Numbered from the stretch's first letter, positions 11,347 to 21,730 are shown. The stretch: DNA of 64,000 nucleotides from an uncultured Chloroflexia bacterium (GCA_963700285.1 CAVOXA010000001.1:224001-288000), one strand, 5' to 3'. Made by a program: numbers and translations. The notes: a model not told the origin generated them from the sequence alone.

Positions 11347-11900
11347 CTAGATTGGGTGGGCCAACTCGAGGACTTGCTTGTCCTTGAGCGTGAAATTGGT
11401 GATCCAGCGGTACTCCTGGCGGGTTTTGCCCTGCAGACCGGTGAGAAAGGTGAAATGGTTTTCAGGTGTAAGCGGCAGAAGCGATTCGAACTCGTTGTGC
11501 ACAAAAGGGATATCTCCGTCTTTGTGCACGATCATGAACTTCCAGTTGTTCTCCTCACAAATGCTCATGGTCGGGCCGCCGGCAAAGAGCGAGTCCAAGC
11601 TCAGGCAGATGGGCAAGCGGGGAAATTCTGCTTTGAGCCGCTCGGCCAGGCGATAGCGATACAGGACCTTCTTCCGAATCAAGGTCCTGATCAGAGCCGT
11701 GACAACCGCTTGCACCTGGTCGGGGTTCAGTCGACCAAAAGCCACGTTGAGAGTGTCACCGTGGGGACAGGTATCCGTACCGAACAGGGCCTGAAACTTG
11801 GCTATTGGGTTCAGGCATCGCACTGTTCATGCTCGACATCGGCACCTCTTCTTGCAGAACGTTCTGGGTACGGCCTACTTGAGGATACTCCAAAACGGTT
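11347..11900 (-). mobile_element. Degenerate, internally deleted DDE transposase remnant (IS4/ISAs1-like superfamily)
   Basis: PHGDTLN...LIRKKVL, RLAERLKAEFPRLPICLSLDSLFAGGP, WITNF fragments resemble DDE transposases; far too short to be intact. Confidence 0.6.
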
Positions 11901-12314
11901 GCGAGTGTGAAAAAGATGCGAAGGCCAAGCGTGGGCTCCTGAAAAAAGACAATCGCTGTCCCAGGGCAGGGCAGAGACAGAGTTTACCAAAAGAAATGGG
12001 TAGAAGCAGCAAGATAAAGGCCTCCGTGCCAGGGAGGAAGACTCGGTACTCAGGGAAAGGAAAGTGAGTTTGCGCGAAAAGTTCGCGCTGATATTGACGG
12101 CAAGGCGATTCTAACCCGGGGTGCCAAGGCTCTGTAAGGGAGCCAACCACGTTGTACGACAGATAGTAGCGATCAGTACCTACTGCCCCGGATATTGGGG
12201 GCAGGAGGAAGCGCTCGCTCTCTGCGTCGCAGGCAATCTGGGAATCCACATCGACGGCGGGGGTTCTGTGCGAAAAATGGGGTATTCTTCATTGCTGAAC
12301 CGCCTCCGTCAATG

Positions 12315-12343
12315 TTGACAGCATTTTGCAATTCGTGTATAAT
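12315..12343 (+). promoter_or_regulatory. Consensus sigma70-type promoter upstream of the structured RNA and S1 gene
   Basis: TTGACA (12315-12320) - 17 bp - TATAAT (12338-12343). Confidence 0.85.
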
Positions 12344-12426
12344 GTATAGGCTCCTGTGTTCCAAGAGATCAGACAGGCTGGTCGTAGGCTGCCTGGCCGT
12401 CCAGGCCTCGATGCGGTGGCGAAGTG

Positions 12427-12584
12427 AGCCTCGTACCGTGAATGGAGGTGGCGGCTCAAGAAGCGCTCTGAGGATGTTGAATCCGGCCTCGGGTAGGCGG
12501 AAACGTTAGCGCCTCATGGACCGGTGTGCAGATCTGACGAGGGTGCCAGGTACAGCCAACGCCGCAGGTTTTTTGCGGCTGGCT
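12427..12584 (+). ncRNA. ssrS: Probable 6S-like RNA (rod with central bubble)
   Basis: Hand-folded: closing stems AGCC/GGCT, CCGTGAA/TTTGCGG and GGTGgcGGCT/AGCCaaCGCC; large central bubble; apical stem CCGG/CCGG and AGGCG/CGCCT. No convincing ORF; strong promoter upstream; terminator-like hairpin downstream. No covariance model was run. Confidence 0.5.
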
Positions 12585-12609
12585 GGTGTGGCAGCTGATG
12601 GTAGGTGGG

Positions 12610-12654
12610 ACTCGGCTTCTCTCCTGAAAGGAGCTTTGCAAGCAGCCGAGTTTT
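12610..12654 (+). terminator. Terminator-like hairpin between the ncRNA and the S1 gene
   Basis: ACTCGGCT...AGCCGAGT stem enclosing a CTCCT-GAA-AGGAG hairpin, followed by a T-rich tract. Confidence 0.5.
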
Positions 12655-12695
12655 CTCTTGTTTGACAGGCGCTCACTTTTGTATGTGAGGAGATA

Positions 12696-14507
12696 TTGGT
12701 ATTTATGGATCAGATCCAGGGTATGACAGGTACGGCGACCCCAGGCGGTGTCTCAAATGATGAGGGGGAACGAGAGGATCAGGAGATCCTGGTCACGGAG
12801 CAGGACAGTTCTGGTGAGATGGGCGAGTTGGCCGTCGAAGACTGGGACTACCAGCGCCCCAAAACAGGACAGGTTCGAGTTGGCGTGATCCTGACCATTG
12901 GGCCTCAGGAGATCATTGTTGACGTCGGAGACAAGCGTGATGGGCTGGTCCCTTTCGCCGATATGCAGCGTATGGGCCCGGAAGCCCTCGCGGAACTGAG
13001 TGTGGGAGATGAGGTACCGGTCTACATCTTGAGGCCTGAAGATCGGGATGGCAATCTCCTGGTCTCTCTTTTCATGGCGCGTCAGGAGAAGGCGTGGCTG
13101 CGCGCGCAGGCACTGGCCGAGAGCGCCGAAGCCTGGGAAGGTGTAGTAGACGGTTACAACAAGGGGGGCCTGGTCATTCCCTTGGACGATATCCGGGGAT
13201 TTGTACCGGCTTCGCAGATACCAGGGTTTCCCCGTGGACTTGGTCAGGAAGAGCGGATCGAGCGTCTGGCAGAAATGGTCGGAGAGACCTTGGTGGTGAA
13301 GGTGATCGAGGTTGATCGGCGCAAGCGCAGGCTCATTCTTTCAGCCAGTGCCGCCCAGCGAGAATGGCGGCAGCAGCATCGCGAGCGATTGCTTGCTGAT
13401 CTGCGCGAAGGTGAGGTGCGTTCGGGTCGCGTCAGCAGCCTCTGTTCTTTTGGCGCCTTTGTTGATCTGGGTGGGACTGATGGGCTCATCCATCTATCGG
13501 AACTGAGCTGGCAGCGGGTCCGGCATCCCAGGGAAGTCGTAGCCGTAGGTGATGAGGTCGAGGTCTATATATTGCGCCTTGATCAAGATCGCAATCGCAT
13601 CGGTTTGAGCTTGAAGCGTCTGCAGCCCGAGCCTTGGGCCCTGGTTGAAGACAAGTACGAACTGGGCCAACTCATCGAAGGTACGGTCACCAACGTTGTC
13701 GACTTTGGCGCATTTGCCGAGATTGGTGAAGGGATTGAGGGACTGATTCACGTCTCAGAGCTGACGGACGGACAGATCTCCCATCCACGTGAAGTTGTGA
13801 AGAAGGGCGATCACCTGTTGCTGAGGATCATCCGCATTGATGCCCGTCGTAAGCGCTTGGGCCTCAGCCTGAAGCGCGTGCTGGAATCCGAGTGGGCGGA
13901 GTGGGCCGCAAGCCTCGCCGAACCCGATGCGGACGCGGCGGCAGATCCCGCAGCAGAGCTGGATGCAGAAGCAGTGGATGAGGGCGGTGAACCTCTGGAT
14001 CTGGAGCTGGAGGCGCCGGTCGTAGAGGTCGCGGAAGCAGATCTGGAGGAAGCAGAGGAAGCCGTCCAACTCGTAGAATTGGACATGGAAGAGGTCGTGG
14101 CCGAGGCGGTGGAAGCAGATCTGGAGGAAGTAGAGGAAGCCGTCCAACTCGTAGAATTGGACATGGAAGAGGTCGTGGCCGAGGCGGTGGAAGCAGATCT
14201 GGAGGAAGCAGAGGAAGCCATCGAACTCGTGGACCTGGGCATGGAAAACCCGGTGGCAGAGGTGGCAGAATTGCAGAAGCCGGAGCAGGCTCAGGTTCAA
14301 TCAGACGTGCTGGCGGAAGCTGTAGAGTTGGCAGCCCTAGAGATAGAAGGTACCGAACAAGCCTCATCTATGCTGGCGGACGAACCAGAATCACAGGAAC
14401 CGGATCAGATCCAAGAGATCTTGGAATCGGCCGAGGTCGATCCGGAGGCGGACGGCAGGTCAGAGGTCCTGGCCCTCGAGGATCCGGAACCTGCCATGGC
14501 AGAGTGA
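12696..14507 (+). CDS. rpsA: Ribosomal protein bS1-like protein (4 S1 domains) with a long acidic C-terminal tail (start may be ATG 12705)
   Basis: YNKGGLV, GFVPASQI, FGAFVDLGGTDGLIHLSELSW, FGAFAEIGEGIEGLIHVSEL; about 200-aa E/A/D-rich tail. Confidence 0.88.
   Translation: MVFMDQIQGMTGTATPGGVSNDEGEREDQEILVTEQDSSGEMGELAVEDWDYQRPKTGQVRVGVILTIGPQEIIVDVGDKRDGLVPFADMQRMGPEALAELSVGDEVPVYILRPEDRDGNLLVSLFMARQEKAWLRAQALAESAEAWEGVVDGYNKGGLVIPLDDIRGFVPASQIPGFPRGLGQEERIERLAEMVGETLVVKVIEVDRRKRRLILSASAAQREWRQQHRERLLADLREGEVRSGRVSSLCSFGAFVDLGGTDGLIHLSELSWQRVRHPREVVAVGDEVEVYILRLDQDRNRIGLSLKRLQPEPWALVEDKYELGQLIEGTVTNVVDFGAFAEIGEGIEGLIHVSELTDGQISHPREVVKKGDHLLLRIIRIDARRKRLGLSLKRVLESEWAEWAASLAEPDADAAADPAAELDAEAVDEGGEPLDLELEAPVVEVAEADLEEAEEAVQLVELDMEEVVAEAVEADLEEVEEAVQLVELDMEEVVAEAVEADLEEAEEAIELVDLGMENPVAEVAELQKPEQAQVQSDVLAEAVELAALEIEGTEQASSMLADEPESQEPDQIQEILESAEVDPEADGRSEVLALEDPEPAMAE
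14033..14266 (+). repeat. 78-bp (26-aa) in-frame tandem repeat, about 3 copies, in the S1 acidic tail
   Basis: GGAAGCAGATCTGGAGGAAG recurs at 14033, 14111 and 14189; unit EADLEEAEEAVQLVELDMEEVVAEAV. Confidence 0.9.
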
Positions 14508-14533
14508 TGCGGATCTGAACTCGTCAGGAATGA

Positions 14534-14869
14534 GTGATGATGATGACACCGGTGACGGCAAGCCTAAAAGAACGCCTGCAGCAAGAGTTGGATGCGGCGT
14601 TGGAAGAGATCGTACGGCTGGAGGAGCGCCTGGAACGAAAGGGTGACTATGGGCTGGGCAAAGGCGATCCTAGTATCTATGAGTGGGAGATGTGTCTAGC
14701 CCTAAAACAGCGTGCGGAGAACAAGGCGCGATCGCTGGAGGTTGCCCTGCGCAAGGCTGAACAGGGCGACTATGGTATCTGTGAGGTATGTGGGCAAGCC
14801 ATCGATCCGGCTCGTCTGGCCATATTGCCCCATACAAAGCGGTGTATTGGCTGCGCGCAAAAGAAGTAG
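14534..14869 (+). CDS. TraR/DksA family C4-type zinc finger protein
   Basis: Coiled coil followed by GDYGICEVCGQAIDPARLAILPHTKRCIGC. Confidence 0.85.
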   Translation: MMMMTPVTASLKERLQQELDAALEEIVRLEERLERKGDYGLGKGDPSIYEWEMCLALKQRAENKARSLEVALRKAEQGDYGICEVCGQAIDPARLAILPHTKRCIGCAQKK

Positions 14870-15040
14870 CGCCGGCAGGACGAGGATAAGAAGCAGCACC
14901 GCCTGGGGCGGACTCTGGGCGGTGTTTTCATTGTGCCTTTGTGCGTCCGAGATATCTTGCAGACCCTGGCTACTTGCCAATTGGGGGCCTTTTTCCGTAA
15001 GATGGGACGATTCACAAATGCTGGCATGGAGGGCAGTTCT

Positions 15041-17185
15041 ATGGTGAATACTGTTCGGTACCCCGGCGCCATACCCGAGCGCCTCGGTTATCTGACCGAG
15101 TTGGCGGACAATCTTTGGTGGAGTTGGCATCCGTCAGCACGCAACCTCTTCAAAGCGATGAGCTATCCTCTGTGGAAGAGTACCCGCCACAATCCAGTGC
15201 GGATGCTCCAATTGGTGAGCCCTGAGCGCTTGGAAGCCCTGGCCCGTGATGCTGGCTTTCTCACCCTCTATGATAGTGTTTGGGCTGCCTTTGAGACCGA
15301 GCTTGGAGATGGGCATCTCTGGTTCAGGGAGCAGCACCCTGGGCCATACGAGCCCATCGCTTACTTTTCTGCAGAATTTGGCCTTCATGGCTCTCTGCCC
15401 ATCTATTCTGGCGGACTGGGTGTGCTCTCGGGCGATCACTGTAAAGAGGCCAGCGATTTGGGTTTGCCCTTTGTCGGTGTTGGCTTTATCTATCCGCAGG
15501 GCTACTTTCGTCAGCATATCCCCCCCGATGGCTGGCAGGAGGCGATCTATGATACACTGAATATCAATCAAGTATCACTTCACCCCGTGCTGGACGTCAA
15601 CGGCAACCGATTGATGGTCCAGGTAGCTCTGCGTGGCGTGCCGGTCCACGTACAGGTGTGGGAGGTGAGGGTCGGTAGGCTGTGCCTATACCTGATGGAT
15701 ACGGATGTTCCCCAAAATGCGCCGTGGGATCGCGGTCTGTCAGCCCGGCTGTACGGTGGGGATCAGGAAACACGCATCCGGCAGGAAATGGTTTTGGGCA
15801 TGGGTGGTGTTCGGGTACTGCAGTCTCTGGGCATCTCACCCAGTGCGTGGCACATGAACGAGGGGCATTCGGCCTTTTTGGTTCTTGAACGGCTGCGGGG
15901 CATGGCTCAGGATGGGCTTGCTTTTGAGGATGCGGTGGAATCTGTTCGGAGCACAACCGTCTTTACCACGCACACGCCGGTACCGGCCGGCCACGATGCT
16001 TTTCCTCTGTACCTCATGGATGAGTACTTTGGACGTTACTGGCAGGAGATGGGCATTAGCCGCGAGCAATTCATGGTTCTAGGCGAATACGAGGGGCGCT
16101 TCAATATGACGGTGTTGGCGTTGCGCCTGGCAGGCCGGACCAACGGCGTCAGCCAGATCCATGGCAAGGTATCGCGCGAGATGTGGCAATCGGTCTGGCC
16201 CGACTGCCGCGTCGAAGAGGTGCCCATTGTAGCGATCACCAATGGCGTTCATGTACCGAGCTGGATCTCGACCGAGTTGAAGACGATCTACGCTCGATAT
16301 CTGAGCGAGGGCTGGGAGGAACGCCACGATGACCTGGCCTTGTGGGAAGACCTGGCCAGGTTACCCGACGAGGCACTGTGGGCAGTGCACCAGGAACTCA
16401 AGTTCAAACTGCTTACTTTCGTGGATGCGCGCACGCGGGAGCGCTGGCGCGCGGGTGGGATGGGCGCCAGCCAGGTACTGGCCTCAGGCGCCCTGCTGGA
16501 CCCTGAGGCCCTGACTATTGGTTTTGCGCGGCGCTTTGCTACCTACAAGCGGGCCACGCTCATTTTCCGGGACGTGCGACGATTGAAGCAGATCCTCCAC
16601 GCTGAGCGCCGGCCGGTCCAGATCGTCTTTGCTGGAAAAGCCCATCCTGCCGACGGCGGCGGCAAGCAGCTCATCCAGGATGTTTATCGCTTTGCTCAGG
16701 ATCCGGAATTCGGCGGGCGTGTTGCATTTCTTGAGAACTATGATCTGCACATGGCTCACTTTTTGGTGCAGGGCGTGGACGTGTGGCTGAACAACCCTCG
16801 GTCTCCCAATGAGGCGAGTGGCACCAGCGGTATGAAGGCAGCCATGAACGGCGTGCCGAACTTGAGTGTGCTTGATGGCTGGTGGCCGGAGGCTTATCAA
16901 CCGCCGCAGGACAATCGCCCTCCGAACGGTTGGGCCTTTGGTGACGTCCATTATGCTGACTGGGATACGCAGGATGAGTTGGACAGCCAGGTACTCTACC
17001 GCATCCTGGAAGAACAAGTTGTACCCCTCTACTACGATCGAGATGCGGCTGGCATCCCGCGTGGCTGGGTACAGGTGATGAAGGAAGCGATCCGCACCAG
17101 CATAGCTGCGTTCTCCATGCGACGCATGGTAAAGGACTATACGCGACAGATGTACTTGCCGGCCATGTCCAAGCTCGAAAGCTGA
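15041..17185 (+). CDS. glgP: Alpha-glucan (glycogen/maltodextrin) phosphorylase
   Basis: AYFSAEFG, YSGGLGVLSGD, HMNEGH, FARRFATYKR, PLP site EASGTSGMKAAMNG; RBS GGAGG before ATG 15041. Confidence 0.93.
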   Translation: MVNTVRYPGAIPERLGYLTELADNLWWSWHPSARNLFKAMSYPLWKSTRHNPVRMLQLVSPERLEALARDAGFLTLYDSVWAAFETELGDGHLWFREQHPGPYEPIAYFSAEFGLHGSLPIYSGGLGVLSGDHCKEASDLGLPFVGVGFIYPQGYFRQHIPPDGWQEAIYDTLNINQVSLHPVLDVNGNRLMVQVALRGVPVHVQVWEVRVGRLCLYLMDTDVPQNAPWDRGLSARLYGGDQETRIRQEMVLGMGGVRVLQSLGISPSAWHMNEGHSAFLVLERLRGMAQDGLAFEDAVESVRSTTVFTTHTPVPAGHDAFPLYLMDEYFGRYWQEMGISREQFMVLGEYEGRFNMTVLALRLAGRTNGVSQIHGKVSREMWQSVWPDCRVEEVPIVAITNGVHVPSWISTELKTIYARYLSEGWEERHDDLALWEDLARLPDEALWAVHQELKFKLLTFVDARTRERWRAGGMGASQVLASGALLDPEALTIGFARRFATYKRATLIFRDVRRLKQILHAERRPVQIVFAGKAHPADGGGKQLIQDVYRFAQDPEFGGRVAFLENYDLHMAHFLVQGVDVWLNNPRSPNEASGTSGMKAAMNGVPNLSVLDGWWPEAYQPPQDNRPPNGWAFGDVHYADWDTQDELDSQVLYRILEEQVVPLYYDRDAAGIPRGWVQVMKEAIRTSIAAFSMRRMVKDYTRQMYLPAMSKLES

Positions 17186-17213
17186 GCGCCACTGGCGTTT
17201 CTACTCGGGTGTT

Positions 17214-17242
17214 TTGACGAAACCTTTGCTGTGTGCTATACT
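17214..17242 (+). promoter_or_regulatory. Promoter for tdh-kbl
   Basis: TTGACG - 17 bp - TATACT with TGn. Confidence 0.6.
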
Positions 17243-17286
17243 CGTCGCGTTCGCTTGGCGAACGACCACAGGGAGGCAGTCTTTCT

Positions 17287-18294
17287 ATGGCAGAAAGCAG
17301 GGGGACCAGAAAGATACTCGTGACCGGCGCCGTGGGCCAGATCGGTTCCGAGTTGACGATTGAGCTACGCTGTCGGTATGGTGCCGAGAATGTGGTGGCC
17401 ACCGGACACAGGACGAAACCGAGTACGGTTCTGTGCGACGGTGGCCCCTTTGAGTTTATTGACGTAACGCGGCAGGAAACCATCGCGGCTGTCGTGGACA
17501 AATACAACATCGATACCGTCTACCACATGGCCGCAGTTCTCTCTGCTGTGGGAGAAGAGAAGCCTCAGGTAGCCTGGGCCGTGAATATGAATGGCCTTTA
17601 CAATGTTCTCGAGGTCGCTCGGGAACGCAGGCTGGCCAAGTTGTTTTGTCCCAGCTCCATTGCCGTTTTTGGCCCAGAGACTCCGCGCGACAATACCCCC
17701 CAGGAGACGGTCCTGCGACCTACGACAATGTACGGTGTAAGCAAGGTGGCTGGCGAATTGCTCTGCGATTATTATGTCCGCCGTTTTGGTGTTGATGTGC
17801 GTGGTGCTCGCTATCCCGGTATCATCAGCAGTGAGACGCTGCCGGGAGGTGGTACGACCGACTATGCTGTCGCCATCTTTTATGAGGCCATAGCCCGCCA
17901 GCGCTACACCTGTTTTGTTCGTGAGGACACAGTTCTGCCAATGATGTACATGCCCGACTGTATAAAAGGCTCCATTGACCTCATGGATGCTGACTTTTCT
18001 CAGCTCAAACACCATGCCGATTTTAACATGACATCCATGAGCTTCTCAGCAGGGCAACTGGCGGCCGAGATCAAGAAGCATATCCCCCAGTTTTCCTGTG
18101 ACTATGAGCCTGACTCCCGACAGGCTATCGCTGATTCCTGGCCCAGGTCCATTGACGACAGCGTGGCCCGCAGGGAATGGAGTTGGCAACCTGAGTATGA
18201 CCTGGCAGCCATGACGTCCGACATGCTGGACAAGCTGGGCGCGCGCCACGCCGCCGGGCGGCTATATCCAGGCGACGAGGTAAGCTGTGATTGA
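17287..18294 (+). CDS. tdh: L-threonine 3-dehydrogenase (extended SDR type)
   Basis: ILVTGAVGQIG, SSIAVFG, MYGVSK (YxxxK), PGGGTTDYA, LPMMYMPD, RQAIADSWP; adjacent to kbl. Confidence 0.85.
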   Translation: MAESRGTRKILVTGAVGQIGSELTIELRCRYGAENVVATGHRTKPSTVLCDGGPFEFIDVTRQETIAAVVDKYNIDTVYHMAAVLSAVGEEKPQVAWAVNMNGLYNVLEVARERRLAKLFCPSSIAVFGPETPRDNTPQETVLRPTTMYGVSKVAGELLCDYYVRRFGVDVRGARYPGIISSETLPGGGTTDYAVAIFYEAIARQRYTCFVREDTVLPMMYMPDCIKGSIDLMDADFSQLKHHADFNMTSMSFSAGQLAAEIKKHIPQFSCDYEPDSRQAIADSWPRSIDDSVARREWSWQPEYDLAAMTSDMLDKLGARHAAGRLYPGDEVSCD

Positions 18295-18425
18295 AAATGG
18301 GGCCACGTGTGCTGTGGATCTATCGTTGCCCGGTAATAGCGTTTCTGTTTTTGGCTGATATGCCTCCAAGGCTGTGTCCCGAGACTTGTTCGGGCTGCAA
18401 ATATTCGAGAGCGAAGGAGTGATGG

Positions 18426-19622
18426 ATGACGGACAAGTTTGACTTTATTCGCGATGATGTGACTGGCTTGAAAGAGTCGGGACTATTCATCAACCTGCGG
18501 ATCATGGGCTCGCCAGCCGATGCCTGGATGTTTGTTGATGGTAAGAAGGTTCTCAACTTTTGTACGAACAATTACCTCGGGCTTGCCAATCATCCGAGGC
18601 TGAAGGATGCTGCTCGCAAGGCCGTTGAGGAATGGGGGGTCGGACCGGCGGCGGTGCGCTCAATTGCCGGCACACAGGGGTTGCACGTACAGTTGGAAGA
18701 ACGCCTTGCAGCCTTCAAGGGTGTGGAGGACTCGCTTTATGTGCAAAGTGGTTTCTGCGCCAACCAGGCGGCCATCGCACCACTGGTCGGAAGAAACAGA
18801 GCCACCGGCGAACAGGACATCATCTTTTCAGACCGGCTGAACCATGCCTCCATCATCGACGGGGCGCGTCTTTCCGGGGCCAAGATCGCTGTCTATGAGC
18901 ATTGTGATGCCATGGATGCCGAGCGCGTCATCAGAGAAAATTTGCCGAACTACCGCCGAGGGTTGCTGGTGACCGATGGCGTGTTCAGTATGGACGGGGA
19001 CGTTGCTCCCCTGGACGAGCTGTACAAAGTGGCCGAAAAGTATGGCGTCATGACCATGGTCGATGATGCCCACGGTGAAGGTGTGCTTGGTGGGGGCAAG
19101 GGCATCGTGCACCACTTTGGTCTCCAGGGCAAGTTCGATGTGGAAATTGGCACGTTGAGCAAAGCTTTTGGTGTAGTGGGCGGCGTGATCGCAGGCAAAA
19201 AGGTCGTTGTGGATTATGTGCGGCAGAAGGCGCGACCCTTTCTTTTTTCCAGTGCCACCACCCCACCTGACACGGCAGCCTGCCTCGCGGCTGTGGATCT
19301 CTTGGAGGAAAGCTCCGAGCTGGTGGAAAAACTGTGGGCCAATGCCAAGTATTTCAAGGAAAGTATGGCGGAACTGGGTTTTGATACAGGCCGTACCGAG
19401 ACGCCTATCATTCCGGTGATGCTGGGCGAAGCGCCTCTGGCCAAAGAGTTCTCGCGCAAGTTATTTGAGAACGGTGTGTTCGCCATGGCATTGGGCTTCC
19501 CCACGGTACCACAAGGATTGGCAAGGATCCGGGTCATGAATACCGCGGCCCACAGCCAGGAAGACTTGGACACGGGCCTGGCCGCGTTTGAGAAGGTTGG
19601 GCGCGAACTGGGTGTGATCTAG
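18426..19622 (+). CDS. kbl: Glycine C-acetyltransferase (2-amino-3-ketobutyrate CoA ligase)
   Basis: [59 protein letters not shown]. Confidence 0.9.
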   Translation: MTDKFDFIRDDVTGLKESGLFINLRIMGSPADAWMFVDGKKVLNFCTNNYLGLANHPRLKDAARKAVEEWGVGPAAVRSIAGTQGLHVQLEERLAAFKGVEDSLYVQSGFCANQAAIAPLVGRNRATGEQDIIFSDRLNHASIIDGARLSGAKIAVYEHCDAMDAERVIRENLPNYRRGLLVTDGVFSMDGDVAPLDELYKVAEKYGVMTMVDDAHGEGVLGGGKGIVHHFGLQGKFDVEIGTLSKAFGVVGGVIAGKKVVVDYVRQKARPFLFSSATTPPDTAACLAAVDLLEESSELVEKLWANAKYFKESMAELGFDTGRTETPIIPVMLGEAPLAKEFSRKLFENGVFAMALGFPTVPQGLARIRVMNTAAHSQEDLDTGLAAFEKVGRELGVI

Positions 19623-19780
19623 CCCGTACGGACAACGGCTGTGTTCATTCGATTGTGGGGGAGGTTGCTAGGGCCAATTGTCAGAGGTTGCCAGAGCCCA
19701 CTGGTCGCGAATTTCCTGTCGGGGCTGGTCTGAAAGGGGCTGGGACCCTTTGTTCTGTGGGTAACGGCAAACGACCGCGC

Positions 19781-19809
19781 TTGACGTCTGGCGTTACTTG
19801 TGGTATCAT
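19781..19809 (+). promoter_or_regulatory. Promoter for the LysM protein gene
   Basis: TTGACG - 17 bp - TATCAT. Confidence 0.5.
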
Positions 19810-19872
19810 ATACTGGGTTGTGATGCGTCGTAGCGAGCAACTGGCGATGAGTGGTTCCGGAGGTGTTCTGCC

Positions 19873-20612
19873 ATGAGACGAAGACTGTGGACCTTGGGCA
19901 TATTCCTGCTGATAGTGGCGGTTGGCTCGATCGGGCTGACTGGCTGCTCCAGGCAGGCCCAGGTGCGCGAAGAACAAACCTCAGAGCAGCCCACAACCTT
20001 GGCCGAGATGATACCAGAGAGCGAGAATATGGTGCCGATGCCGGGAGAAACTGTGGTTTCTGCGGTTTCGCCAACGCCAGCGCCCAATACGCCGGATGCC
20101 GGGGAACAGTCAGCATCCTCTTCTGCCGCAGAACAATCGCAATCTCCTACTCCTGAGCCGGTGGTTCCCATCGAGCCTGCTGCCGATCCAACTGAAACCG
20201 CAACTGCAGCCGCAAATGCGCAAATGCGGCCGCAACTACGGCCGAGACAGCGCCGACTGCTCAGGCATCGGATTCCAATGGGGCAGGGCAGACTATCGTC
20301 CACAGGGTCAGAAAGGGTGAGACCCTCTCAGGGATCGCCCAACGGTATGGCACCACGACCAAGGCCATTAGAAAAGCCAACGACATATCTGATCCCAGCC
20401 TCATCATTCCAGGCCAGATGCTCACGATCCAGGCGTCGGGTGATAGTGAGACATCAAGTTGCCGCAAGGAACACACGGTCAAGAAAGATGAGTGGGTGTG
20501 GCAGATAGCCGAGCAATATGATGTGAAGCCCAAGGAGATCCTGGCTGCCAATAATTTGACCAGCAAGCAGGCCGAAACGCTTCAGCCCGGCACGGTGTTG
20601 TGTATTCCGTAG
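19873..20612 (+). CDS. Exported (lipo)protein with a P/T/A-rich linker and two LysM domains (frameshifted)
   Basis: Signal peptide with LTGC lipobox; HRVRKGETLSGIAQRYGTT and HTVKKDEWVWQIAEQYDV LysM repeats. Confidence 0.78.
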
Positions 20613-20705
20613 CCGAGGGCTGTGTTTGTGCGATTGTGTGTAATAGTTGCGATCTGGGGTGTGCTACCGCTTTGCACAATCCTTCAAAGATGAGGAGAGA
20701 AAAGA

Positions 20706-21730
20706 ATGCCACTACTAGAAGTCAAGGGGCTCAAGACCCAGTTCTTCACCCAGGATGGCGTGGTCAAGGCCGTCAACGGCGTTTCATTCTACGTGGAAGA
20801 GGGGGAGACCCTCGGCATCGTAGGCGAGAGCGGCTGCGGCAAGAGCGTGAGCGTGTTGTCGGTTATGCGTCTCATTCCCCAGCCGCCCGGCAAGATCGTG
20901 GATGGGGAGGTGCTCTTTCATGGGCAGAACCTGCTCGAATCTGAGTGACAACGAGATCCGCCAGGTGCGCGGCAACAAGATTGCCATGATCTTCCAGGAC
21001 CCGATGACCTCTCTCAACCCGGTGCTGACCATTGGCCGGCAGATCGGCGAGGCGCTGGAACTGCACATGGGCATGAACAGGGAGGAGGCTCGCAAGCGAA
21101 GCGCCGAACTGCTGGAGATGGTCGGCATCCCCGAGGCCGACAGATCGCCTGGACGACTATCCCCACCAGTTCTCTGGCGGAATGCGCCAGCGGGCCATGA
21201 TCGCCATGGGCTTGGCCTGCAATCCCCAGCTGCTCATCGCCGACGAGCCGACCACGGCGCTCGACGTGACGATCCAGGCCCAGATCGTCGAACTGGTCAA
21301 GCGGCTGCGCGACGAGATCGGCATGGCCATCATCTGGATCACCCACGACCTGGGGGTGGTCGCTGGCCTGGCCGACCGGATGATGGTCATGTACGCCGGC
21401 TTTGTCGTGGAAGAGGCGCACGGTCAAGGAGGTCTACGCCAATCCCCGCCATCCCTACACCATCGGCCTTCTGGGCTCTCTGCCCCGGCTGGATGAGATC
21501 CGCGAGGACAAGCTGACGTCCATTGAGGGGCTGCCCCCCGACCTGATCGCCCTGCCAGCGGGCTGTCCTTTTGAGGCGCGCTGTGTCTATGCCATCGAAA
21601 AGTGCAGGACGGAGCGGCCCGAACTGGAACCGTGGGACCCAGGCACCGCATTGCTTGCTGGGTGGATGTGACACAGGCGCGCGAATGCGGCTTAGCCAGC
21701 ACCCGAGAACAGCGGTCCATAGAACCCTGA
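20706..21730 (+). CDS. oppD: Oligopeptide/dipeptide ABC transporter ATP-binding subunit (frameshifted; end approximate)
   Basis: [50 protein letters not shown]. Confidence 0.85.

Noticed and set aside
12508-12545. glmS ribozyme or c-di-AMP riboswitch (AGCGCC...GACGAGG; GAATCC...CAGCCAAC)
   Set aside because: Only short motifs match, the remaining conserved cores are missing, and the gene context does not fit.
19623-19780. Possible tRNA or small RNA in the kbl-LysM gap
   Set aside because: No cloverleaf, T-loop motif or convincing stems found by eye.
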